From Sedimentisphaerales bacterium (lineage in GTDB: Bacteria > Planctomycetota > Phycisphaerae > Sedimentisphaerales > SM23-30), in NCBI GenBank assembly GCA_963666285.1, contig OY762711.1: a stretch of DNA of 64,000 nt, one strand, 5' to 3'. The notes beneath the pieces were generated by a model. It was not told the origin of the DNA, searched no databases, and was given only the letters and a program-made list of their open reading frames with translations. Below are positions 20,426-30,798 of the stretch, one piece after another (the stretch's first letter is position 1; every line of letters starts with the position of its first letter). The translations under genes and the position numbers were made by a program.

Positions 20426-20481
20426 AAAAACTTCAGATTACAAAATTATCTATATATATTACGAATACTGCAATACAACAT

Positions 20482-23400
20482 TCATTGTAACATAATCGAC
20501 TCTTCATACTCACTAAATTTTATCCCAAAACTCGCCTCACTTCCCTGCTCTCCTATATCTGCTTTACGAACACTTATCGAATACTTACACTTCTCCAGGT
20601 CAATCGTCGCAGATACCTTCTCCCCACTGCTCCCCTTCGGCGACTTATACTTAAACACCTTCTTCTCCCCCTGCCTGACAATATTCTCAGCTTCCAGGGT
20701 CACACTGTAATCACCATAGGTAATAACAATATCCTCCGCCGCAATATCCGCACTCACATCCGCCACAACTATCTGACCCTGCACACTCAAACTGTCAGTC
20801 CCGGCCTTCTTACCAGCCTTAAACTTCACCTTATCAACCGTTAGCACATCTTCAACCCCACTCATCAATTCCACTGGCATACTCTTCTTGCCATTAATCA
20901 CATCAACCCCACCGCCTGAACCTAACACTCCGCGATCATAACCAGTCGCCGAAGCCGTACAACCTGTTCCTGTTTCAATCACAACTGTTACAGGTGCTTC
21001 CAAACCGGTCAGGTTCAGCCCCTTGCCAATATACTGGAAAGTATCTGTAGTTAAATCGAAGCTATATTGCGATGCACCATTCTTAACCCTATACAACTGT
21101 TTCTCATTAGTGCCCAAATATATCGTCTGATTATGCACAACCGTCATATTACTACCGGCATAGATACTGAAATTCACCTGACCTTCAAACAACTCAGCAG
21201 GTATCTTAAACAAAGAACCCTTCAAACTGATACTGTCACCATTATCACCTCGAGACCGACCTGCCTTAACCGTCATCTTATCCAACACAAAACGATAGCT
21301 CAGACCCTGTACTCCCATATTTCCAATCTCAGCTAAAAACGGAGTGCCATCTTCAATATCCCAAACCTGCTCGTATCCATTTTCTGTCTCATCCACAAAA
21401 TCCCAGCCTGCATCAAGAAAAGTTCCAATATTCACCATCTCGACAGAACTCTTTCCGATAGCACCCAGGCTACCATCTCCAGATTCGCCAATACCAGAAC
21501 TGTCAACATCCCAGAAACTCTTCTGTATTCCGCCAATCGGATAAACGGTTACACCTCCTGAACCGGCAGCAGCACCCAAAACAAAATCATCGGTTATTAT
21601 TAAATCTATTAAACCTGCATCCTGTATCGCAGCGGCAAATCCGCCCGTCACTCCCTCTCCACCGGAAACCGTACCGCCCGAATAACAGTATTTAACGTAA
21701 CCTGTATTCAAACCTGCGAAACCGCCCGCACTATAATCGCTGGCAACCAGGCCGGTACAGTAACTGTTTTCTATATCTCCTGTATTACGCCCAACAAATC
21801 CGCCGCTATAGCCATATACACTATCGTATTCATAACCCAGCATACTACTAACTGCCATACCGGTATAACTCCGATCAATTGCCCCATAATTTTCACCAGC
21901 CAATCCGCCTTCAATATGGTTATAGGCATAACAATATATATCTAATCCCCCTGCTGCACTACACGACGATATATAGCCGTAATTCTGTCCGACAAAACCA
22001 CCTGTAATATAATACGGAATCTCGCCCTTAACACTTGGATCAGTATAGCAATACAAAGCTGAAACGCTTCTCCTGTCTGCCATATTATCATACAATATAC
22101 TCCATCAAAATGGCAGTTATTGATTATTCCATTATTTACTACTGCAATACCACCAGTAACACTGGAATAATACGACCTCATTACAAGGTTATCAAATGTA
22201 ATATTCTTTACAACTCCATAATTACTGCCAAAGAACCCACAACAACCGCCTAATTCCATATTTGATATTTTATACCCATCGCCGTCAAATGTACCATAGA
22301 AATCGCCTTGAATATAACTGTCACATACACTGCTAGACGATGTAAGCGAAATATCCACACCTTCCAGATCTATATCATTTGCCAACCTGTAAAACCCGAA
22401 CTGCAAACCACCATTAGCTGCAAACTCTTTCAAGTCTTCAGCATCAGCAATAATAAACGGATCGTCATTGGTACCGCTTCCCGCCAAAACGGTATCAACA
22501 TCCAGCAGATACAGCGGCTCAAAACCGGCATCCGCCTCCCATGCCAGTTTAGGCATACAGCCTTCCTCTATCGCCCATATATCATCCGTACCGTCAGTAT
22601 CATCACCAACAAAATCAAATCCTGCAAAACTGGATTGCTCGGTTAGCTCTGAATCACTTAACGCCACTTCGCTGCCCTCACCTGTTTCTCTCTCATCTGT
22701 TGCACCACTGTATTCATAATAATAACTGTTACTTATAACCGGCATTGCTTGAATAGAATATGCTCCTTCAGGTAATATTGGAAAATAACCAGCAAGACCT
22801 CCCGCATTTTCCAAACCCGTTACCCTGCCTGCCGCATAACTTTTTGTGATATTACCCCCGGAATGACTTCCAACCAGCCCGCCAACATTTTCTAATCCCA
22901 TAACCGAACATACAGAATATGAATTAATTATTCCTTTACTCATATTATTACCACTTGTATATCCTACCAGCCCACCAACATTTTCCTTACCCGAAACAAT
23001 CCCAGAGCTATAACACCCTTCTATCAACCCGGAACTGCTGAAACCTGCTAATGCTCCGCAATATTTGCCGGAACTTTTAACAGACACATCCTCTAAACCC
23101 AGGTTCTTAACAATTCCTTTCAAATCACCAAACAATCCGCAATAAGACCATCCTGTAATAGAAAGATTACTTATTACATGACCTCCCCCATCAAAAACAC
23201 CGCCATAATACGATGAATAAGAGGATGGCAAAGTTAAAGCATTCGGGTCATCATTCGGAGGAAGAACTGAAACCATCATATTTGGGGACCCAATAACAGC
23301 ACGGTCATAAACACCGATTGCTGATAAATCCAGGTCTGTTTCTAAACGCGTATGAGCACTTCTCCAATATTTATGAAAATTACTTACATCTGCAAACTCT

Positions 23401-23564
23401 TTAAAATCCGCCAGATCTTCTATCAAATACGGATCAGATTCCGTCCCGCTGCCCGGCAAAACACCACCTGCGGCATAAACCAATGACTCTACACACAACA
23501 ACAATACAAAGATGTAATTAATAATTTTACTCACTTGCAAACTCCAATTTTTCTTTATTCTCAT
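20482..23564 (-). pseudogene. secreted GLUG-repeat surface protein split by a 1-nt frameshift near 22100 (or a sequencing error)
   Basis: ORFs 21942-23564 and 20482-22095 both carry GLUG-type VGGLVG/GGFVG repeats and GSGT..DP motifs; frames join if GAT GGA GT ATA TTG TAT regains one base. Confidence 0.75.
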
Positions 23565-23788
23565 CTTAATTATTTTTCAGACTTCAGCTTATCTGGTAGG
23601 CCTACAATAGCCGACCAAAACAAAATATCAATTTTCAATACACAATAATACCAATATATTCCGAATGATGCCACATTATTGTCTCCTGTATTTTATTAAA
23701 ACATTAAAACTATAATGTGACAACTTATCACAGGACCAGACACCGTTTCCTTCTCACTTCTCGCCTCTTTCTTCTAACTCTTCTCATC

Positions 23789-23892
23789 CTTCAGGTGCCG
23801 CAATTTTGATTGAACTTTACCTACGCGTCAGCTTTAAAACAAGTCGTGAGCGACAGCGAATTATTCCTGATGTCAACGTACATCAGGACACC
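23789..23892 (+). repeat. ~105-bp direct repeat, copy 1, with TCCTGATGT-N6-ACATCAGGA hairpin
   Basis: Highly similar to 25599-25704, especially from CGCGTCAGCTTTAAAACAAG to ACATCAGGACACC. Confidence 0.9.
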
Positions 23893-24046
23893 TCAATTCT
23901 TCACTATTCACTTTTAGTTCTTCACTTGTCGCACAGCGGCCTCTGCGAGCAACAGTATTTTTTTTCGTGTTCTTTCGTGAATTTTCTATGAAGCCAGAAT
24001 GCAACATTAATTTTCTAATTTTATTCATTTTTGCTATAATTCCTTT

Positions 24047-24136
24047 ATCTTGCAAAGGATAGGGCTCTGCTGAGGAGCAACCCGAGCGTTGCAAGTTGTC
24101 AAGAAGCCGGGGCGGTTTTACACCGCCTCGTTTTTT
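24047..24136 (+). ncRNA. candidate small RNA inside the IS right end, on the strand opposite the recombinase
   Basis: Extended -10 TGcTATAAT (24032-24040), CTTGCAA/TTGCAAG stem and a GC hairpin followed by T6. Confidence 0.4.
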
Positions 24137-24179
24137 GCTTTTTGACCTTATGCGATAAACCTATTTAAAACAATTTTCG

Positions 24180-24380
24180 CGTAGCGAATCATTATTTACC
24201 TGATTGTTTCATCTTTCTATCCGGAGTGTCCGAGGCTGTATTTTACGCCATGGTTCCATTATATATATTGCGATACGGCTTAATTTTCGTGTCAGGTTCA
24301 AAACCCAAATGCACGACCAAGGTTCCGTATCGATTTCAATCGGGCAAAATCATAGGTAATATTTATATTTTACTTATATT
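24180..24380 (-). ncRNA. putative bridge/seek RNA of the IS1111-type element (ends approximate)
   Basis: Stem CGATACGG/CCGTATCG encloses two segments matching the two halves of the reconstructed target, separated by a GGTT-CAA-AACC hairpin. Confidence 0.72.
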
Positions 24381-24384
24381 GGTA

Positions 24385-25431
24385 TCAAACACTTTGCAAT
24401 TCAGGCATCTGCCAACTTGTCCCATCTCGCATCATCGCCCACAATCGTACGAACAACCGTCGGGCTGTAGCTACTATCGCTATTTTTGCACGAGTTTTAC
24501 TTCCCCTCTTTATTCTTTCGTATGTTTCTTTTATCCATGGATTCCAACGCAAACCCAGCCAGCAAACCTCAACAAGTAATGCTCGCAATAACCTATTGCC
24601 ATATTTACTTATCCGCCCATGACGGTCTGTATTACCTGATTGGTACTGACGCGGTGTCATACCAATATAGCTGCCAACTTGTTTGCAATTCTTAAATCTA
24701 TGTGGATCATCAATATAAGCTGCAACTGCCTCTGCCAGACGTGGGCCAACTCCGGGAACAGTCTGTAATAGTTTTACCTTTTCATCAGTACTATTTAACT
24801 CTTCCAGTTTATCTTCAACTACTTGCAAAGCGTCTGTTAATTGTTCCAGTAATATAAGCTCGCTCCATAGATTGCCTTTCCAGAGCTCATCTGGTTTAAC
24901 TTTATCCATTGGCATAGCCATACTTCTTAACTGTTCCAGATTCTGCTTAGACCAGCACTTTCTGCCTGACGGCAACGAATACGCCTGGGCATTTAATAAA
25001 GAACGAATAGTATTTTTTACCTGAGTTATCCGTTCTGTAAGGCTCTGGCGATAATTAATTAAAGATCGTTTCTCTCGAATTTCCTTTTTAGGAACATAGA
25101 CAGTTGATAAATCTCCTAAAGCAGCACGCTTGGCCAGCCAAAATGCATCCTTTTTATCTGTTTTCTTCTTCAATTTTCTGCCAGACCATTCGCCGGTATT
25201 AGTATTTGCCACTTCATATTTTAATTCCAGGGTGTCAAAAAGGTCACAAATCCAGCCTATGATATCACAAGCCTCAAATACAATAAGATCAGCAGGGTGA
25301 GATACTGCCAGGTCATGAAGCTCTTGAGGGTTAGTCTTAAACGACTTATATATAGCCTTACAGCTTTTTACCTCATAAAAACAAACTACACTCTTGAATT
25401 TTCCTAAATCAATTGACATAATAGTCTTCAT
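24385..25431 (-). CDS. IS110-family recombinase/transposase
   Basis: DEDD RuvC-like N-terminus (IDLGK, FEA, KTDKKDA), VPGVGP and C-terminal QSG...GRISKYGN. Confidence 0.95.
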   Translation of the reverse strand: MKTIMSIDLGKFKSVVCFYEVKSCKAIYKSFKTNPQELHDLAVSHPADLIVFEACDIIGWICDLFDTLELKYEVANTNTGEWSGRKLKKKTDKKDAFWLAKRAALGDLSTVYVPKKEIREKRSLINYRQSLTERITQVKNTIRSLLNAQAYSLPSGRKCWSKQNLEQLRSMAMPMDKVKPDELWKGNLWSELILLEQLTDALQVVEDKLEELNSTDEKVKLLQTVPGVGPRLAEAVAAYIDDPHRFKNCKQVGSYIGMTPRQYQSGNTDRHGRISKYGNRLLRALLVEVCWLGLRWNPWIKETYERIKRGSKTRAKIAIVATARRLFVRLWAMMRDGTSWQMPELQSV

Positions 25432-25598
25432 AGCCAGAATACTCCGTATAAAATTGGTTAAATATTTGAGCGTCCCTGTGACAGCTCGTGCTAAAATTAT
25501 TGTGTATTATAACACAAGCCATGCTACAGGAATATTCTGGCTTTCATTGTATTTTCGTGGTTGACATCTTTTTCAGAATTCAGACTTCAAACTTCAGA

Positions 25599-25704
25599 CT
25601 TCAGGTGCAAACAATTTTGATATAATCTTTACTCCCGCGTCAGCTTTAAAACAAGCCGTGAGCCGCAGCGAATTATTCCTGATGTCAACGTACATCAGGA
25701 CACC
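25599..25704 (+). repeat. ~105-bp direct repeat, copy 2
   Basis: Highly similar to 23789-23892. Confidence 0.9.
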
Positions 25705-26877
25705 ATTTTAATTTTTCATTTAGCAAAGTTCGCCACTCCAAACTTTTCAACATCCTTTTTACATTCTTTTTCATCCTTCATCCTTTACCCTTTACACTTT
25801 GATGCCGCTCCGCGGCATCTGGTCTGCCCACAAACCAAAAATAACAACTTACATCAATTCACGAAAAATCCCCTCCCCGCCGCAACTCTTCCCTGAACCC
25901 ACCTCGCACTCATTCATATATCCCCGCACTCTTCAATTTCATTCCGTTTTTTAACATCTCCTTCACCCACTACTCTCACACTCACACTTATAAATCAATT
26001 AGCCTCGCCGCCCCCCTTTAAAACAGGTCGCGTAGCGACACCTTCACATCATTGGACAAGTCCAATGATGTGCCCCAGTGCGCAGCACGAAGTTTATCTG
26101 CTGACAGCTGGCAGCTAGTCGCTCGCCGCTGTTGGCTCTTGATTTTTGATACTTTATCCTTTATACTTTATACTTCAGAAACGCTTTTCATTTCTTTCTT
26201 TATCAGTATGCATCTGCTTATCTGTGGTTCTCTTTTCAGGCGTTAGCCGTTTAAATAAGCTGTCCGCGAAGCGGACACCTCAACTCTTACCTCTTATCTC
26301 TAACTTTTTACCTACCTCCCCGTCTCCGCTTCGTTCCCGTCCGCATACCGCCGCACCCATTCAACGTTCCGCCGTATACTGTCCGCGGCCCGCAATTCAC
26401 CGCCGCTCAAATCCATTTGCCTTTTCACCGCCGTTCACCCGCCGCGCTGCCCCGTATATATGCCGCACACCTCCCGTCACCCATCAATCAGCCGCGAGCG
26501 GTAGCGAGCAACATTCCCTGGCACCTTAAACCTGATCCCTGGCACCTGATTTTCTCGAAAAAATCACCGCGTTTTTACAACCACCAAATCGCGAAAATCT
26601 AAAATCTCCAAAATTTTTATCCTGCTTTCCCACAACCCTTTACAATCTTCCACACCAACCATCCCACCCAAAAAATCAGCGCACTTTCGACATACCGTCC
26701 AATTGTAGAGAGCCGACAAAAAATGATTACCAGCAAAAATCAGCTCTCGCTAAAACTTAACAACGACGAAAACTTCGTCTTTAATATAAACAACGCTCAA
26801 TAAAAACTAAATATTTGAATACAGTCTCGGCAAATCAGAATGATTTGCCCTCTAAAATTGACAATCTCAATTCGTCG

Positions 26878-26939
26878 CCGAGCGAAGCGAGGTATTGTCC
26901 AGACTATGTCTGATCCGAGCGAAGCGAGGTATTGTCCAG
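26878..26939 (+). repeat. two exact 25-bp direct repeats CCGAGCGAAGCGAGGTATTGTCCAG
   Basis: Copies at 26878-26902 and 26915-26939. Confidence 0.9.
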
Positions 26940-26974
26940 GCTTTGCCTGGTGCCCGCTTTACCGCAATGGCTGC

Positions 26975-27013
26975 AAAAAAAAATAACCCAGGCCAATACT
27001 AATCAGCCTGGGC
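26975..27013 (-). terminator. intrinsic terminator downstream of metE
   Basis: CCCAGGC/GCCTGGG stem followed by a T-run on the minus strand. Confidence 0.7.
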
Positions 27014-27117
27014 ATACTATTTTTCAAAATCTAATCTGTTCAGTTTGAACGATCATTTAGATAATACAATTTCTATCCATCTCCGAACCCAACTTGCCTG
27101 GGTACGGTCTAGTCCAA

Positions 27118-29388
27118 TCAAGGTTTGGCCCGCAATATTTTTGCCGCTTCGACCATATTGATCAACGCCGCTTCAGTCTCCGGCCAGCCGCGAGTCTTCA
27201 ACCCGCAATCAGGGTTAACCCACAGCTGCTCTGCCGGAATAACCTTCAGCATCTTCCTCAACAGCTCTACCATCTCGTCTACCGGCGGCACACGCGGGCT
27301 GTGAATATCATATACACCCGGCCCGATCTCGTTCGGATAATCATACTCCTGGAATACATCCAGCAGCTCAATATCAGACCGGCTCGCCTCAATCGAAATA
27401 ACATCAGCATCCAATGCCGCGATCGCCTCGATTATCTCGTTAAAGTCAGAATAACACATATGCGTATGAATCTGGGTCTCATCCTTTACCACACATGCCG
27501 AAAGCTTAAACGCATCTACCGCCCAATCAAAATATTCCTGCCAGTCGCCCTTACGCAACGGCATCCCCTCACGAAACGCAGGCTCATCTATCTGGATTAT
27601 ACAAATCCCGGCATCTTCAAGGTCGGCAACCTCATCACGAATCGCTAACGCTATCTGGTTCGCTGTAACATCTGCCGGCTGATCTTCACGAACAAAAGAC
27701 CATTTCATTATCGTCAGCGGTCCTGTCAACATACCTTTAACATAGCTCTTACTCTGCGACTGGGCATACTCCGCCCACTCTACCGTCATCGGAGCTGACC
27801 GGGAAACATCACCATATATTATCGGCGGCTTCACACAGCGAGAACCATAGCTCTGCACCCAGCCAAACTGGGTAAACGCAAAACCGTTCAGCTGCTGACC
27901 AAAATATTCTACCATATCGTTTCGTTCCGGCTCACCATGAACCAATACATCCAGCCCGATCTCATCCTGAAACTCAACTACATGCTTTATCTCTTCTTTC
28001 ATCTTCTGGACATAGGTCTGCTTGTCAATGGTACCTGCCTTAAAGTCGGCACGAGCCTTCCGAATTTCAGGCGTCTGCGGAAACGAGCCAATTGTAGTAG
28101 TCGGCAATAACGGCAGTTTCAAAGCCTCTGCCTGGGCCTTCTTACGGGCAGCAAACTCACTTTTACGGTTAAACAAATCTGCCGTTATTTCACTAACACG
28201 CTTTGTTACAAAAGGATCTGTCACCTTTAACGCATCTTTTCCTTCAAATACCTCGATTATCGCGTCAAGCTTATCTTTTACTGCTCCCGCATCATCCACA
28301 GCATCCGCCAGCAATTTAATTTCATCCAGTTTCTGGGTAGCAAACGCCAAACGGCTCTTTACCGCAACATCGAGCTTCTCTTCTCGACCAAGATCTACCG
28401 GGCTATGCAGAAGCGAACACGACGGTGCTATTATCACCCTGTCCTTACCGGCTTTCTCAATCATCCCGGAAAACTCTTCAAAAATCGCCGGGATATTAGC
28501 CTTCCATATATTACGGCCATTAATCAAGCCCAATGACAAAATTGTTTTTTCACCAAACGCACCTATCGCCGCTTCCAGCTGTTTCGGACCGCGCACCAGG
28601 TCCAGATGAACCGCTTCAAAGCCAGGCTCTGCAAACAAGGCAAAATGCTCTGATACATCATTAAAATATGTCGCCAGGCAAACCTGCGGCCGTTCAGCAC
28701 TCCCAAGTAATACACTATATGCAGCCTTAAAAGCGGATTTATGCCTATCTGTCACATCCAACGCAAATACCGGCTCATCAATCTGAACCCATTCCGCACC
28801 GGCGGCCTTCAGCTTACCCAAAACCTCGCCATAAACTGTAGATACTTTATCTATCAACTCCAGCGGATCAAATCCTTCTGACTTAGACTTGCCTAATGCC
28901 AAATATGTTACTGGCCCTATCAATACCGGCCTGGTCTCGATACCAAGAGCCTTTGCCTCATTGTACTGATCAATTACCTTGGATGAGCTCAGGCTGAATT
29001 CCTGACCAACCTCAAACTCCGGTACAATATAATGATAATTCGTATCAAACCACTTGGTCATCTCCATCGCATGAACTTCACTATTGCCGCGTGCCATCGC
29101 AAAGTAAGTCTTCAGATCAACTTCTCCTCCGGAAAAACCATACCTGCCCGGCACAGCTCCCAGCATCGCTGTTGTATCCAGCATCAGGTCGTACAGAGAA
29201 AAATCATTACTCGGAATATAATCTATTCCGGCATTATGCTGTAGATTCCAGTGCACTTTTCGCAACTCTGCCGCTGTCGCTAGAAGTTCTTTTTCACTTA
29301 CATTGCCTTTCCAGAAGGCTTCAACTGTTTTTTTAAGCTCTCTATCGGCTCCTATACGAGGAAAGCCCAGGTTTGCACTTTTTGTCAT
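27118..29388 (-). CDS. metE: cobalamin-independent methionine synthase
   Basis: [42 protein letters not shown] and [11 protein letters not shown]. Confidence 0.97.
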   Translation of the reverse strand: MTKSANLGFPRIGADRELKKTVEAFWKGNVSEKELLATAAELRKVHWNLQHNAGIDYIPSNDFSLYDLMLDTTAMLGAVPGRYGFSGGEVDLKTYFAMARGNSEVHAMEMTKWFDTNYHYIVPEFEVGQEFSLSSSKVIDQYNEAKALGIETRPVLIGPVTYLALGKSKSEGFDPLELIDKVSTVYGEVLGKLKAAGAEWVQIDEPVFALDVTDRHKSAFKAAYSVLLGSAERPQVCLATYFNDVSEHFALFAEPGFEAVHLDLVRGPKQLEAAIGAFGEKTILSLGLINGRNIWKANIPAIFEEFSGMIEKAGKDRVIIAPSCSLLHSPVDLGREEKLDVAVKSRLAFATQKLDEIKLLADAVDDAGAVKDKLDAIIEVFEGKDALKVTDPFVTKRVSEITADLFNRKSEFAARKKAQAEALKLPLLPTTTIGSFPQTPEIRKARADFKAGTIDKQTYVQKMKEEIKHVVEFQDEIGLDVLVHGEPERNDMVEYFGQQLNGFAFTQFGWVQSYGSRCVKPPIIYGDVSRSAPMTVEWAEYAQSQSKSYVKGMLTGPLTIMKWSFVREDQPADVTANQIALAIRDEVADLEDAGICIIQIDEPAFREGMPLRKGDWQEYFDWAVDAFKLSACVVKDETQIHTHMCYSDFNEIIEAIAALDADVISIEASRSDIELLDVFQEYDYPNEIGPGVYDIHSPRVPPVDEMVELLRKMLKVIPAEQLWVNPDCGLKTRGWPETEAALINMVEAAKILRAKP

Positions 29389-29588
29389 TTATAACCCCTT
29401 ATTCTTATTATTTGTGTTAGTTTTTATTTTCAGTAAAAAGCAATTACTATCTGTACTTACGGATTCGACAATACAAAACCACTATTACTTATTACTATTC
29501 AACAATTTACAACATTCCTATTAGTGCGTTTGGCTGATTATATACAACCTTATACAAATATTTCCACAAAAAATAGCCCATTCAACAT

Positions 29589-30155
29589 CTAAACTTTTGG
29601 TAAAGTCATACCAGTTTGCCCCTGATACTTTCCTTTTCTATCAGAATATGACACTTCACACGCAGATTCTGATTCAAAAAACAAAACCTGAGCTAAACCC
29701 TCCCAGGCATAAACTTTTGCCGGCAAGGGTGTTGTATTAGATATCTCCAAAACAGCATAACCCTCCCAACCTGGCTCAAAAGGCGTTACATTAACTATTA
29801 TTCCACAACGGGCATATGTCGACTTGCCTACACACACTGTCAGAACATTGCGAGGTATTCGAAAATATTCAACACTCAATGCCAAAGCAAAACTATTGGG
29901 CGGTATTAAACACACATCGCCTTCAACTTCGACCAGGCTTTTACTATCAAACTCTTTCGGATCAACTACGCTACCATAAACATTAGTAAATATCCTGAAA
30001 TGATTCGACACCCTGATATCATAACCAAAAGAAGATAAACCATATGATATTACAGATTTACCTTCTTTCTGTTTGATCTGTCCCGGCTCGAACGGCTCTA
30101 TCATATTTGCTTCCTGTACGATTTCTTTTATTCGACTGTCTGAACAAATGCTCAT
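29589..30155 (-). CDS. dcd: dCTP deaminase
   Basis: [29 protein letters not shown] and GKYQGQ. Confidence 0.95.
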   Translation of the reverse strand: MSICSDSRIKEIVQEANMIEPFEPGQIKQKEGKSVISYGLSSFGYDIRVSNHFRIFTNVYGSVVDPKEFDSKSLVEVEGDVCLIPPNSFALALSVEYFRIPRNVLTVCVGKSTYARCGIIVNVTPFEPGWEGYAVLEISNTTPLPAKVYAWEGLAQVLFFESESACEVSYSDRKGKYQGQTGMTLPKV

Positions 30156-30183
30156 ATAACTCTCCTGTCTACAAATAACTATC

Positions 30184-30798
30184 CTAAGACCTCAAACTTA
30201 TATCCATCGCATTTTCTGGGATAAAAGTCTGAATTTTATAATCAGCTCCAATTGGAAGCATATTCCTTATTACATCAATATCATCACTAACATGCAGTTT
30301 AGGTATATACGTGGTCCTGAATTGCACCTTTACATGACACTTCAGCAATATTTCAATACTGTCTTTTATTGTCTGGCTGTCAATATCAACTCCTATAATA
30401 TCTCCATATTTTTCAATTGGCGATTTAATATCCATCGCAACAAAATCCAGCAAATTTGCCTTTAGCAAATCCTCGATTACCCCAGGTCGGCTGCCGTTGG
30501 TGTCTAATTTTACCTTTAACCTCCTGTCAACCAGCATTTCAATAAAATCCTGAAGATCTGGCTGAATTGTTGGCTCTCCGCCACTGACTACAACGGAATC
30601 TATAAAGCGTTCTCGTTTTTCAAGTTTTTCCATAATTGCATATTGATCACATCCATTACCCTTTTCTAATGAACCGGCAATTAAACTATGATTATGACAA
30701 TACCCACAGCGAAAATTACACCCTTGGCAATATATAACCGCAGCACACCTGCCGGGATAATCGTTCATACTAATTGACTGAAAACCACCTATCTGCAA
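30184..30798 (-). CDS. nrdG: anaerobic ribonucleotide reductase activating enzyme
   Basis: [21 protein letters not shown] and KLDTNGS; abuts nrdD. Confidence 0.92.
   Translation of the reverse strand: MQIGGFQSISMNDYPGRCAAVIYCQGCNFRCGYCHNHSLIAGSLEKGNGCDQYAIMEKLEKRERFIDSVVVSGGEPTIQPDLQDFIEMLVDRRLKVKLDTNGSRPGVIEDLLKANLLDFVAMDIKSPIEKYGDIIGVDIDSQTIKDSIEILLKCHVKVQFRTTYIPKLHVSDDIDVIRNMLPIGADYKIQTFIPENAMDISLRS

Larger units (their letters stand above)
23984..25553 (-). mobile_element. IS110-family insertion sequence, IS1111 type (sub-terminal IRs, long 3' non-coding end); ends uncertain by a few bp within the shared ATTTTC
   Basis: IRs ATGAAGCCAGAAT (23988-24000) and ATTCTGGCTTTCAT (25534-25547); ATTTTC at both junctions (23981-23986, 25551-25556); contains the IS110 recombinase. 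Confidence 0.88.

Noticed and set aside
23789..25704. The 105-bp repeats as IS ends or target duplication
   Set aside because: The true sub-terminal IRs and junction promoter lie inside them; the copies are diverged, and IS110 elements do not make long duplications
26052..26602. Short ORFs (64, 127 and 61 aa) in the repeat zone
   Set aside because: Low-complexity Pro/Arg/Ser translations of repeats with no clear RBS
26878..26950. Mini CRISPR array
   Set aside because: Only two 25-bp repeats with a 12-bp spacer, and no cas genes
18044..27000. tRNA-anchored integrative island or prophage
   Set aside because: No integrase, phage genes or duplicated tRNA 3' end; the accessory genes lie on the tRNA 5' side
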